Shown here: positions 24,539-36,322 of the stretch, piece after piece
How the letters are laid out: each line of letters opens with the position of its first letter
Numbering within the stretch: position 1 is the stretch's first letter
Notes under the pieces: generated by a model
What the model was told of the DNA's origin: nothing
What the model saw: only the letters and a program-made list of their open reading frames with translations
The model's database searches: none
Origin: Raillietiella orientalis
Taxonomy: Eukaryota
Direction: 5' to 3'
Assembly: GCA_036172245.1 (NCBI GenBank)
Contig: JAYWIR010000007.1
Span: 558,001-622,000, forward strand
Length of the DNA: 64,000 nt
Translations under genes and position numbers: made by a program

Positions 24539-27500
24539 GCTACACGTTCAAAAGTAATGAATTATTAAACGGTTCACACATTTAAACAAAAATTGAGTAA
24601 TATGCAAATAATGCTTCTTATTCACACAGCATCCAATCTTGATAACATTTTACAAACGAAATAGCATATTACATTCGTAAAAGACCGTTCGTAATTGCTA
24701 TTTCGATATTCTATTGGGAAAAAAGGCCACATTCAATTTTTTCATCACTTGTCGATACGACAGATAAGCGCAGATAAACCATAATGTGATTTTTCTTTTT
24801 TTCTACTGGATGGTGGTGCAGACGGCTAGGATTCACTTTTCCCACCTGGCAGTGTACCTCCCCTCACTCATCTTTTTAATACGAAAGTAATCCCAGCTAA
24901 GTGTGTAGCGAAGCCCAGAAAGCAGCTGAAAGCAGACAAGGCCGGCAATAATCTCCCAACGGAAAATAGTCAGCTACATATCAGGTTGCCGGCCATCCTA
25001 CTACACACAATAACACATATCACTAATTCGTACATGTTTCTTTCTACACGGTTTTAGCAATAAATTGGTTATCCACTTGGAAAAGCAGCAAACTTTCTTT
25101 TTTTTTTTTTTTTTTTTTTTTCAAACTGAAGTAGCACAAATGTGTTTACCTATAACCAAGGTGAAATATACTAGAAAATGGTTTTCATTTCTAGTACACA
25201 CTCGCCGAGCCATGTGTTTTTTGCATTTAATTAATCGATACACATGCGAGCTCATGATTCACCGGTGGTTCCCATTTGCATTAATTAAAAAAAAAAAAAA
25301 ATTCACTGATATCTCTGGCTGATAAGCAAGGAATTTAATACCTCTTAAGGCCATTATATTTTGTTTGTTAGTATCAGTTGGCAGAGCATTGCAAAAATTC
25401 ATACGTCTAAGTCTTCTTTCCACTAGATTGTTTTCTAGATCAGTTCTTGTGAAAGACTTCAGACCAAGGAAATTATTCCATCTGTCCAAGATGTCCTTCA
25501 AGTTTTAAGAATCTTGTTTCATAAGACGACGGAATTCACTGCTGACTATACAACTTATTTTGAATGTTTCTCCTAAGAATCCGGTAACTCAAACGTCATC
25601 TTCCACTGAAGATACTGTCTATACTTTTACAGTAATTTCAAACTTCATATACAGACTGAAGTGTGTATCATCGCTCGCTAATTTCTTCATCTACTTTCTC
25701 CAATTGCTTTTGATTTGCCAATTTACTCCTCTGTCAGAGTTCCCTAAATTGAGGTTAACCCAATTCTGTTTCCCGAGAGCTAAACCCACGCGATTTAATG
25801 TTTCCTTTTTGACAACTTACTTTTATTTGAAAGTGTGGTAGCATGTCTCTAAGAATTCATCCTCTTTTCATCCTGGTACTTTTTCCATGGTTTGGAGGCC
25901 TACCACGGGTTTATAAATAGCTGGATTTTTTTCACAATCAAAACCATTTCTAGATTCTTTCAAAACTTTCTAGGATGAATAAATTCTAATAGGGGATATC
26001 CTTGCTTTATGAATTTAATAGATTGCATCGGAAGAGCTTTTCGCATACGCAGACATTTAAGATTCATTTAAAGATTTCTCCACACAGTACTGTGGTCATC
26101 TATCAGTGTCCCACTCTCCGTCATTAACATGTCCTTCAATAACTTTCGATATAGTAATCTGCAACGGAATACAAGGAAGATTAGAGAGAGATAGAGAAAC
26201 AACAGAGATCACGATAAAAATCGATGGAATGGAAATGACGTCAGAGTGGAGCAGAGTTACGTGGACCCTTGTGGCTGCATCAGTGCAGTCAAAGTCACTT
26301 CAATCCTTTTACTTTGTGCGGACTCTACTCAGTCTGGAGTACAGTCCGCGCATAAAAAGTACAATACACTCTCCCTGCTCATGGAAAAACACTCTTTCGT
26401 GTTATGTATAATTGACATGTTTTTTTCACGAGAGCTTGTAAAAGCACTTGGGATGCTGCAGGCTTATAAAAGGGAAAAGATAGGCGTCGCGTGACGACCC
26501 ACCCAGTGCTTTGTAGATAAAACCGAATTCTCATATGAGTTTATGACCCATTAGCGATTTGGGACCTACTCATTCCCTCGATCACATCAGGATCCAGAGA
26601 CTTTGCTACCCTGGCGAGCGCGCCTGCCAGTTGTGCCTTTCGGTGCAGTGACTTCAAGGTTACAACAGCCTGAAGATGAGTCCGACTCAACAGGTCGAGG
26701 CCATGTCTTGAAGTATTTCATTCGTACGCTTGGAACCCCTGCTCCTCCTCACTTCTCTTCCTTACTGGCTTGCGTGTCAAAGCTCACATTACTCCTTTCC
26801 TCCTCCGTGAGAGCTCCCAGGGCTCTCCCAGCTCAGAACCCTCTCTTCTCTCTTCCCTTCTCTCTTTCCGCGCTCAGAGGACCTCGCACGCGGGTGATAA
26901 AGGGGGAAGGGAAGGAGAGGCGACATCGCCTTCAGGACTTGCAGATTCCGGACGGTACTTCACACGAGGCCAAGGTGCCACGCGATCCCTCTTCCGAGGG
27001 GTCGCGTCCACACCGACGAGTGCGCGGAAGCAGATCGCCACCCGGCAGATCCGGGAGAGTCCTTCCCAGAAGCTTCCGCACCCATGAGATGGGATGCCGG
27101 GTACCTGCTGGGGAGGAGTGAGGACGCACGTCGCTCGAAAGTCCGCGGGAGAGGGCGTGGTTCAGCCAGCCAGGATTCCTTCCTTCGTCCTCCTCATCGA
27201 CCCAACTGGCAGCGGCGAGGGAAGGAGAGAGAGTCGGGGGATGGGATGGGGGGGGAGGGGGACAGGCATTGCCGGTCCGCCCGGTTGAACCTGCGAGCTC
27301 TCCAGGAAAAGTCGGATCCCAGCCTGTGTACGCAACACTCTCATGCACCGCGTGCGCACACGTGTTCGATGGCGAAGCACGCGTGTGCGCGTCCGACCCT
27401 CTGCACGGACTGTGCGCGACCAGCAAGAATACAGCCCCCCCTTGCACGGCTCCGCCCGCGCGCCGACGAGCTGCGCCGCCGCTCTCGGGGTCGCAGGCAG

Positions 27501-28779
27501 CCAACGGAAAACGGCGGGAGGGAAAAGCGAACGGAGAGGTTCCCTTCCCCTTGTCACGGGGGAGGGGGGCGATCCCGTGCATTCCCCGACGCTTGGCGAA
27601 CCGAAGGGGTGGGGCTCTTGCTGCCGCGTTCCGGAAGGTCTCTCTCTCCTCTCTTCGAGGCGCATTGGCGCCCACCTTCGATCGAGGGCGCGCGTTTCAC
27701 GTTGTGGGGCGGCTTGGGGTGCGCAGCACGCGCTCCGCTCGGTGGGAAGGTCAGACACCGTGCGATCCGATTAGCCCGCGCGGTGGGTCACCCGAAGGAC
27801 CCGGTCCCATCAGCTCGGTTCTTGGTGTCCGCCCGCTTGCGCAGGTTTTTTTTTTTCTATATCCACTCTTGCCCGATCTTCGACGGACGGGCCGGGATCG
27901 CGAGCTCGCGTGCTTGCCAGGGCGTGTTCGCGTGCGAGGCTGGCTGCCTGCGTGCGTGCGGCAGCGAGCGCACATGCCGTGCGCAGGGCATTGTTGGCAA
28001 ACGTCATTTCCGGTCCCTTAAGCGTGGGGAGACGGGCAAGCGCAAGTACGTGTCTGCGTGTGTGCTGTGTTGCCAGATGTTTTCCCAATCATTACTGACG
28101 AATCGGGGATTCCAATCAAATGCGTTTTCCGGAATCACGCATTATGTAATGTGCGTTTGTAGTGATGACACCGGAGATTTCGATGGCAGATTGCGGCAAA
28201 CACGGACCCGGAAGTGCCGACTCGAACTTTCGTTAGCAACTGCAGATTCGGAGGACCGAGCCGAATGCCTGGAGCAGAATTCTGCACCAGAAAGAAAGAA
28301 AGATAAAAAAAAAAAAAAAAAAAGGAAAGAGTCGAGAGCGGTTCGAGCGGGTGTTCGTGTTTGTTGGTCTTTCGGGGAGTTTCAATTTTCACGAGAATTC
28401 GGTCGCCGTGCGTCGGAAGTAAAGATGAAAGAAAATCTCGGCGAACATCCGCGTGAATCGTTCATTTTCTGCGCGGTTCGTGCACGGACTTCTTCGGCGG
28501 GATTTGTGTTCGGAGACGCACGCACACACGCGCTCCCATCACCAGACGACAGCACAGTGGGGAAAACCGTAGGACAACCGCCTAAGCGCTACAAAACACA
28601 CGCAGCTGCAGATCCGATTAAGAGTGGGAGGTGCACGGCGTTGATGTGATTGTGCAAATCCGCACTATAAGCTTAGGATTTCCGGAGGACACCGTTAAGT
28701 GTTTTCGCTGTTGTTGTTTCCCCTGTTTTAAAGAGTTCCGCTCCCGGAACGCTCTCAAATAAACAGTGGGATATTCAGG

Positions 28780-29120
28780 AGTTCATATTTCAGGATCAGA
28801 TTCCTGATAGGGAGACAGGGAAGATGCATACTGGAAGCATTACTCAAGCTCTCCTAGCCGCCAAAAGAGCCCCTTGACAGCATTAATCAAAGAAGAGAAG
28901 ATGGAACGGCAATCCTTGCTTCCGGGGTACTCAACGAAGAGTTTCCGAACCCGATGCCTCACTGTTTCTATGGGAGCATCCATCTCGAGATGGACGCTGT
29001 CCGCAGGGGTGACTGTCGCCTTGCAGCACAGCCCAAGAAGGAAGGATTCGAGCGATGCGGGGGCCCTGCCCATCGCCTGTGTCGGCGGCAGACATTTCCT
29101 GTTCCCGCCACAGTAGGGTC
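28780..29120 (-). mobile_element. Short remnant resembling the same LINE family's post-zinc-finger C-terminus
   Basis: LEMDAPIETVRHRVRKLFVE...KGLFW aligns by eye with VLGASMDNPRNVMERLFVH...IVGAW of the 43.6-kb copy. Confidence 0.35.
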
Positions 29121-32100
29121 CGAAGAGAGCAAAGGACAGGAAGAGGGAATCTTGCGGTGTTTGTGAGGAAAGGAAGGGGGAGAGTTGGAGAGAGAAGAAG
29201 GAAAAGCAGTGCTGTCGGGAAACTTGTCAAGACGGATGACGGAGGCGCCACTCTGCGTCTCATCCTCGAATGCCTCCGGGTTGCCGGGATGGAGGAAGAC
29301 CTCGAGAGATGAGCAAGGAGCGAAGGGAGCCAGAAAGGACCCCTACCGGCACTCTTCCGGAGGAAGAGGAAGGGCGTCCAGTCATCTGTGTTCCTTGGTG
29401 CCGTTGGGACCGTGTGTTTTGCCACGTGACCTGCTCGGGGAGCCATCGGCTGCCTCCAGTGCGCTGCGCGCTCGCCACGAAGCGTGCAAGTGGTGGGTGC
29501 GCACACAGTACGTCCATGCATGCAGCCGCGCGTGCATTACGTCATCGCATTGATGGCGACTCCGAAAGGGTTCTCTTGTTTCTTGCTTTCTTTCCTTCTC
29601 CCTTCCCCCCTTTTTTTTTTTTTTTTTTTTTTTTCTTCAGGTAGGCTTGGTGCTTCAGTAAGATTACAGATTCTTTTCCGTGCATCATCTCTGGAGTAAA
29701 GAACGACTTCTGCACACAGGCACGCGTGCTGTCTGAGTGTGCGAGGGGGGGGGGGAGGAGATGACGTCGCTGAGCATCGTGAATAGCGAGTGTGCAGGAA
29801 AGTACACGTTCCCTTCACATGCTTATGTTCACAGTGGGGTCCACAGGTGTCAGGACTTGAGATCGTTAAAAATTAAAACACGGAATATTTTTTTATTTCT
29901 AACATTTTATAAAGTATCCGAAATGGGATCCATCTGACTCTGAGCACTGCTTGGAGCTGCATTCCAACTTTGGCATGGCGCCTGCGCGGTCCTTCACAGA
30001 GATCTCCAAACGCGGCCATCTGAACGCCATTGCCGGTGTCAGACTGGACCCCTTTTCAGCAGCAGTTTCATTTTGAGGAACAAGTGGTCAGGAAGAGGCC
30101 GGTCCAACGTCCAGGCCTGCTTTTTTCGCGCCAGAAACTCGCGAACCTCCTTGCTCTCGTGACCAGGAGGGTGGGGGGGGGGGAAGCGACGGATCGCGCG
30201 CAGCTCGTTCTTCTGATCGTTGTGGCACCGCAGCTTTCGGTACGCCGAGAGCCCTCACTGCCGCCCGAGGGGATCAGTCGTCGGGTTCTCTTCGGGCGGA
30301 TCTGCAACGGCGGCGACGAGCTTCTCGCTGTTGCGGGGCAGCCGCTGCGCTGCTTTCACAGTCTTTTCGCCCACTGCCTTCCATTTCGAAGCTGCGCGCG
30401 CAACGGCGGATGGATGACGTTTGAACAATTTGGCGGTGTCGTCCCCGTGGGCCCTTTGGACCGGTGGCGCTGCTACCCCGCCTCCTTCCCTTTCTTCCTC
30501 TGCGTCTGTCTCGAAATTTAGGGCAGAGGACAAAAAATAAAAATAAAAACGCGACCTGGGAGGAAGCGCGCGTTCCCTTGACAACGGCCAAACGCAGTCA
30601 CGTCGCTCGGTACGCGGTTCCGCCACCGAGCGCCGGTACAGGGCGCGTCCGTGAAAACTTCGGTCCTACGACTTGTGGGTCCCCCCGCGCGGGGTCCGCC
30701 ATTCGCATGTGTCGCCGCACAGATTCGGGAAATGGAGGGGGAGCGTCCTTCCCAGAAGCTCCCGCCCCCGTGAGGCGGAATGCCTGCGAAGGAGGAATGC
30801 CGGCGCTCTTCGGAATTCCCGGGAGGCGGGCTCTCCGCTGCTTTCTGGCTCTTCTCTCCCCCCCCCCTTTCCTCCTCCGGGCTTCAAGGAGAGAGTCCGG
30901 CGACGCCCCTTTTCTTCCGGCGCGCCGGGAGCGACTCGCCACCTGCTCCCTCGTCGCCTTCGGCGGTGTCCACGATGGCTGCCCGAAGGGTGTCCCGCAC
31001 CGAGATCCCGCAGGACCGCGGAGGACGTCGTCCCGGAGTGCCCAGCGGCGCTCTCCGATCCGATCCGAGCGCTGCCGACGCCCCTCGAGCGTCGTCCGGC
31101 GTCGAAGCGGAGCTAGAGCTTCGGTCGCGACCACCGTCCGGAAAACGACTGGGGCTCCCTCGCCCTCCCCGGAGATGCCTCCGGGTGGGATGCCTGCGCC
31201 GCTCTGCTCCTCGCTCTGCCTCTTCCCGACCCTGCTGGGAGCGAAGTGCCCTAGGGGACGGGGGGAGGGAGGAAGCGGCCCGGAATGTCGCCTTTTGCCC
31301 GAGTCAAGGTCCTGCTCGGGGGATGCGGGCGTCTGCATCGACGCGTCCCGCATGGCGGGAAGAGGATCTGTGCCTCCTTCCACCGTCCCAGACGTGCAGG
31401 CGGACTAGGGGAGGGGGAGGCGGAGATGCCTCGGACGCTTTTGGCGGGGGGACTTTAGCGTGGGTCCTCTCCCCTCAATCGAGCCGAGCCCCATCCGTGC
31501 CACGAGGCTATTCCGCGTGCGCCGCCAGGCTCTCCCTGCACCCGGGGGGCCTGCGATGCTAGCTCTGTCCTCTTGTCGTTTGCGGGAGCGGCGTCTTGAG
31601 TGGCGTGGCGGGAAGGGGGGGATGATGATGCCCGTCTCGCGTTCCTGGGCCTTTAGGCCTCATGGATTCCCATGACCGGAAGCCAGCGCAGTTCCTGAGG
31701 GCTCCAAGTTGCCGTCCCCCCTTCTCCAAGCAACCGCCTGACTGCCTCGTCCTCCCCTCACTACTCTTGGAGTGAGATCCGCCCAGACATACGGCGACTC
31801 TCATGCCAAGGATTCCTGGACGCCTTCCTACCCTTCCCCTCCCGGAACTGCAGGCTGCACTCCACGCGGTCCCGGGCAGGTCTCCCCGAACGCTCTTTCC
31901 CCTCTCCTGCCCCTGGGACCCAGGCGCTGCTGCCCGCGCGCGCACGGTTCCCCTCGTTTTCATGGAGCTTCTGGTCTCCCGGCGGCTCGGCTCGTTGCCA
32001 GCGGGTTTCTCCCGCTAGTGGAGGGAAGCCGTCGCTAGCCATCCGGGTGGCGCTCCTGAAAATCGCCCACTTGCCCTTCCCGGGAAGAGCGCCCCCTCCG

Positions 32101-34461
32101 GGAGGCAGCTTCCTCCAGAGTAAGTCCGAAGCGCTCCCGACCCGGGCAGCGGCAGGGGAGGGGAGGGGGGAAGGGGACCTTCCCTTTCGGGGGGAGGGAA
32201 CGAGCGGAGCAGCGGTGGTGTCGGGGGAGCAGGGCTCACCTGTTGGTCTCACTTGGACCCGGGACTCGTTTCCTCGCCCTCGTGTTCTGCCCTTTTTCGC
32301 TCCCGGGGGCTGCGACGCGCTCCTGCCTTGCCTCTCTCACCGGGGCCGGAAGAAGCGGCAGGGGCCGGGGAACCCGCTCTCCCGGGAATCGCGCGGCGGC
32401 GCTTCCCCTCCTCCCGTCCCCTCCTTCCTCCCCATCGCGCACGACTCTTTCCCGGTTGCCGGGGAAACGGCCGCGGATCATCATTCAAGCGCGCAGCCCG
32501 GATCCCTAGTTTCCCGGATGCGCGGCTCTAGGGGCTCGCGCTCTCGGGGAGGAAAGGGGAGGGGCGTAAATCTTCCTCGTCCCATCTCCCGCGGGTCCGT
32601 AGCGTCTCCCGCTCTCGTCCCGACCCCGTCTGCGAGCGCTTCTCCCCTTGGGGGGCAGCCAGCCGGCTCTCCTTCCCTCCCCTCTCTCCCGGGACGCCGG
32701 GAGGGAGCCATGCAAAGGCGTCTCATCCCAGACAGGCGCTGCCGGAAGGGAACCTCCCTCCCCATCCCCCATGCCGCGAACAGCGGGGAAAGGGGCGGGG
32801 AAGGCGCTTCCTGAGACGGAGTCTGGGAGGTCCCTTGGGGTGAGATAGTCGCCGTCGCACGCGCCCGAAAGGAGGACGAGTCAGGCAAGCGGTTGCTTGG
32901 CGACAAAGGGATGGCTTCTCGGCGCCCAAGGTTCCTCCCTCCCTCCTGCCCACGTCCCTCCTCAGGCCGGCAGGGACGCTTCGCCTTCACCCGCCCCACC
33001 CTTTCTTGGGGAGTTTTCCCGACCGCGCGCGGCCCTCCTCGACTCCCTGGCCTGCTAGCTTCCCCTTTCTTGCAGAGCTCAGATTCCGCGCCGGGTGCCC
33101 CCTTTGCCCCCGGGGGCGAAATCCTAGGAGGGGCTCCCTCCCTCACTGCTGTCTTTCCTTCTCCTTTCAGAGGCTCCCTTCGAAGGGGGATGGAGACTTT
33201 CCCCCTCCCCTTTCTGTATCGGGAGGTGGGTGGGGTGGCCACCGCGCCCGGGGCGCTTTCCCTAGGGAGAGCAGGGGGGGAATTTCCCGCTGCTCCTTCC
33301 AGGGGCGGTTGCAAACGTGGGGTGGGAGGAGGGATCCGGACCCGGGAAAACGGCAGGTCTCGCTCCCAGGAGCAGCGGCGCTCCTGTGAGGGGTCATCTC
33401 GGGGTGCCAGGCCGCTCTGCAAGCGCGGCCCCTCGCCCCTTCTGGTCACAAGGGGAGGGGAAGGACGCCGAGTGCTCTCGAGGCCACGTCCCCACGGCGC
33501 TCTCGAAAGGGTGAACTGCCTTCCGGAACGAGCTGGGGCGGAAGGGGAGGGGTGCAGGCACGGAGGGAGGGTAGGAAGGGATCGGGAGGAGGAGGAACGG
33601 AGAGGCTCCTCTTTCGGGAAGCGACAGCGGTGGGTGGGCGAGACTCCCATGGGAAGCTGCGGTCCTGAACGGGGAGAAGGGAGGCGGGGAGACGAGGGCT
33701 CCCTTGGCCAAGGACGATTGTGCTTTCGGGAGGGTTTCCTACGGTCGGGGGAAAGGGAGAAGGGGGAAGGGAGGAGTCACCGCGACGCTTCGCGATCCCT
33801 TCCGGGAAGGGGGCAAAAGGAGCACAGGGAGCGGCTGGTCCTGAGCGGAAGCGCGGGTTTTTCCACGATCGCTGGAGGCGCATTCCATGTGGCGAATCCC
33901 GAAAGTGCCCTTGTCCTATCACGAAAGTGGGGCCAGGATCTATTTTCCTCTTCTCCCTGCTCCGCTGATTAATAGGCTCAAATGATTGGCCGTAAATCCT
34001 GCGAAATATCGGTGCGTCTGCGGAGCGCTCCGCGGGGAATGATGTATAGAAGCCCATAAACAGAAGCGTTGCCATCGGAACCGCTCTTGAAGACCCCCGA
34101 ATGCTCCAGCGGATCCCGTGCTTCAGGAGGAAACCTTCGCTGCAGATGAATGAATACCCAGCTGTTTTATTTTCGTGTTTTTGCAATCTCTGGGAATCGG
34201 CATTATTTTTCGGGAACAACATGGAAGAATTCTAAACGAGTGATTAGGGCAGCGATGCAGATATCTTTATGTAATTTGGAGGAGAACAGGAACGAAAAAA
34301 TAGCCTGCCATTCGATCAGATATTTGCTGGATGATCTTTCACTTCGGTCCGAGGAGCGACGCAGGGCGTCCTCCCTGGATTACGCGCGATGCTTCCTGCA
34401 GCATGCAAAACATGGTTGCCTTCCTCCCTCCCCCCCCTTTCTTCTCTCTCCCCCCAAAAAA

Positions 34462-34462
<1 letters not shown>

Positions 34463-34516
<54 letters not shown>
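34463..34516 (+). repeat. A54 homopolymer
   Basis: Uninterrupted A run counted directly. Confidence 0.9.
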
Positions 34517-34519
<3 letters not shown>

Positions 34520-35437
34520 ATCTCGGAATCCCTTGCAGATGAAACCAACTGTTGCCAGACGTGCTAGCAGTTCGCCGGATGGATTCTGATGAATCTTCAA
34601 CTGCTGAGTCAGAGCTCCTGCAAGAGCTTCAGATTCCGGCAGATGCTGCTCGGCTCCTCTGGATGCCCCCGATCGAGTGACGATCGCGAGAGACAGATGG
34701 TTCAGATGCCAGATTACATGAATGCCAGATTTTCGGCTGTCAACTACTTGATGTTTCGGGTGGATCTGCCCTGAGGCAAGCTCATCCCGGTAGCCGGAAT
34801 CGAACCATTTTTCCCGTTGCTGGAATTTCAGCTTTCCGCGTTGCTACGGGAAACTCGGATTCAGACGAAAGCATGCAAAAAAAAGAACAGCAACACAACA
34901 GCAGCAGCAGTAGCAGCAGCAAAAAGACAAATACGGAACTCTTCCTTGAATTTAATCGTGTAAAAGGATCGCTATCCAGGACTCATCACCAATTATTTAC
35001 TAGCGTCGGACCTAATAAGATTACCTCGAAGCCGGGAAATGAATATTTGAAGAAGGAAATCACCAATAGGATGCGACAATTGAATTTCTGGTGAGCCCTA
35101 TAAATAGCCGCTTGCCGGAACCCTCGAATCACCCAATGGGATGGCAGAGGCCGATCGCGAAGGTCGGACCTCCGGAGGACGCCCAACCCGGAAGAAGAAA
35201 AGGAGGAAAATTTCCTGCCGATTTCTCAGAGACCGCGCGAGCGCTTAACACGGAAAGGTGCATAAGAGTTCCTCTATCGCCTCCGCCCCTGCAGAACATT
35301 CACTTTTCGCTGGAAAGTTCCTCGAAATAAGAGAAAGCGCGAAATGCACTTTACCGTTTCAGTCTTTGCACGAAGGGATGATCGGGCGAGGGGGTGGGGG
35401 TGGGGGTTGGGGGGAGACGGGGCAACGGATTGCCATT

Positions 35438-36322
35438 CAAGACGCAATGTGCTGGCTAGTCCGGTGGGCTGACGAAGGATGGCCAGCTTCTCCAACTCTC
35501 GGTGGGCCTTGTCGATGGCGCGGGTGCAACACACGGTTGCAACGACAGCACCCAAAGACAGGCCTCCTGGCGTGAAGAAGCGGCGCATCAAATCCCTCGC
35601 GGTGTCCCCCTGGTGCAGGAGAGCTGAGGCCAGCCTCCACCACAGTCCTAGGAGGGCACCGCAGTCCAGGAGCAGGTGCGGGAGCGTTTCCACTTCCCCG
35701 CACCGCTTACAGTTCGGGGAGACAACTCCCCCGGAAACACGGTTCGTGCGCTGGTTGGAGTGAAAACCCCAATGCACCAGCATGATGACGTCCTGCTTCC
35801 ACGAAAGGGGGAACACGGAAGTGTTCAAACAGGAGGGAGGGACCACACTAAAGTGTTCACTCCACCGAAGGAGTCCCTTCGGAACGTGGCGAGGCGTGGC
35901 GGCGTCCGCCAGCTCGCAAGTCCTCCAGCCGCCAATAGGTCGTGTTGTTCCTGCGATGGTGCAGGCGACCTCCCATCTCGCCGGTTCGCAGCTGTCATCT
36001 CTGTCGTCGGCTGCCGAGTGGGCCCACCTACCAGAGAGCGTGAGGAGAGAGATCGCCGGCATCCATCGCATCCGGTTCTGAAAGGAAGGAACGGCCGAAC
36101 CAAAGACCCCTGTCCCCTGCCCTCCATATTTGTATTTTTATTTTTTATAGTAGTGTATTTGTGGTCCCCTCCCTCCCGTTCCGGACTTTCGGCATACCGA
36201 CCTGCGTGTCGGGGATCCCACCCCCTTCGTCTCTTGTCTTTCCCTTTGTCCAGGAACTCTGTTCCCGGATAGTTTTTAATAAACTCCCCGGCGCACCCGG
36301 GTGATAACAAGACGCAATGTGC
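35438..36322. repeat. 15-bp direct repeat (target-site duplication) CAAGACGCAATGTGC at 35438-35452 and 36308-36322
   Basis: Exact match read directly from the sequence, bracketing the retroelement fragment. Confidence 0.9.
35453..36307 (+). mobile_element. 5'-truncated, 5'-inverted L1/Tx1-like non-LTR retrotransposon insertion
   Basis: Flanked by identical 15-mers CAAGACGCAATGTGC at 35438-35452 and 36308-36322. The left ~620 bp reads on the minus strand as an intact zf-RVT-like ORF2 C-terminus (VHWGFHSNQR...NCKRCGEVETLPHLLLDCGALLGLW). The right ~235 bp is the family 3' UTR on the plus strand, ending AATAAA-ctcCCCGGcgcacCCGGG-tgataa. Confidence 0.85.

Noticed and set aside
24550..25080. RFX X-box expected upstream of a cilia-associated kinase gene
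   Set aside because: Only half-site matches were seen (e.g. GTTGCC at ~24985), not a full palindrome.
27084..28649. 521-aa plus-strand ORF, and the many other 150-390 aa ORFs in the GC-rich half
   Set aside because: Arg/Gly/Pro/Ser-rich translations overlap in several frames, cross homopolymer runs and show no domain motifs. This is expected from stop-codon scarcity at high GC.
30340..30430. HMG-box-like look of HPSAVARAASKWKAVGEK
   Set aside because: It lacks the N-terminal PKRP..AF helix and the correct spacing; too weak to name.
34785..34870. Minus-strand GGTTCGATTCC B-box/T-arm-like motif (also GGTTCGAA at ~3010 and ~3125)
   Set aside because: No A-box, cloverleaf or acceptor stem can be built, so it is not called a tRNA or SINE.
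35389..35414. G-quadruplex-forming run beside the left TSD
   Set aside because: G runs are common throughout this GC-rich block, so the adjacency is uninformative.
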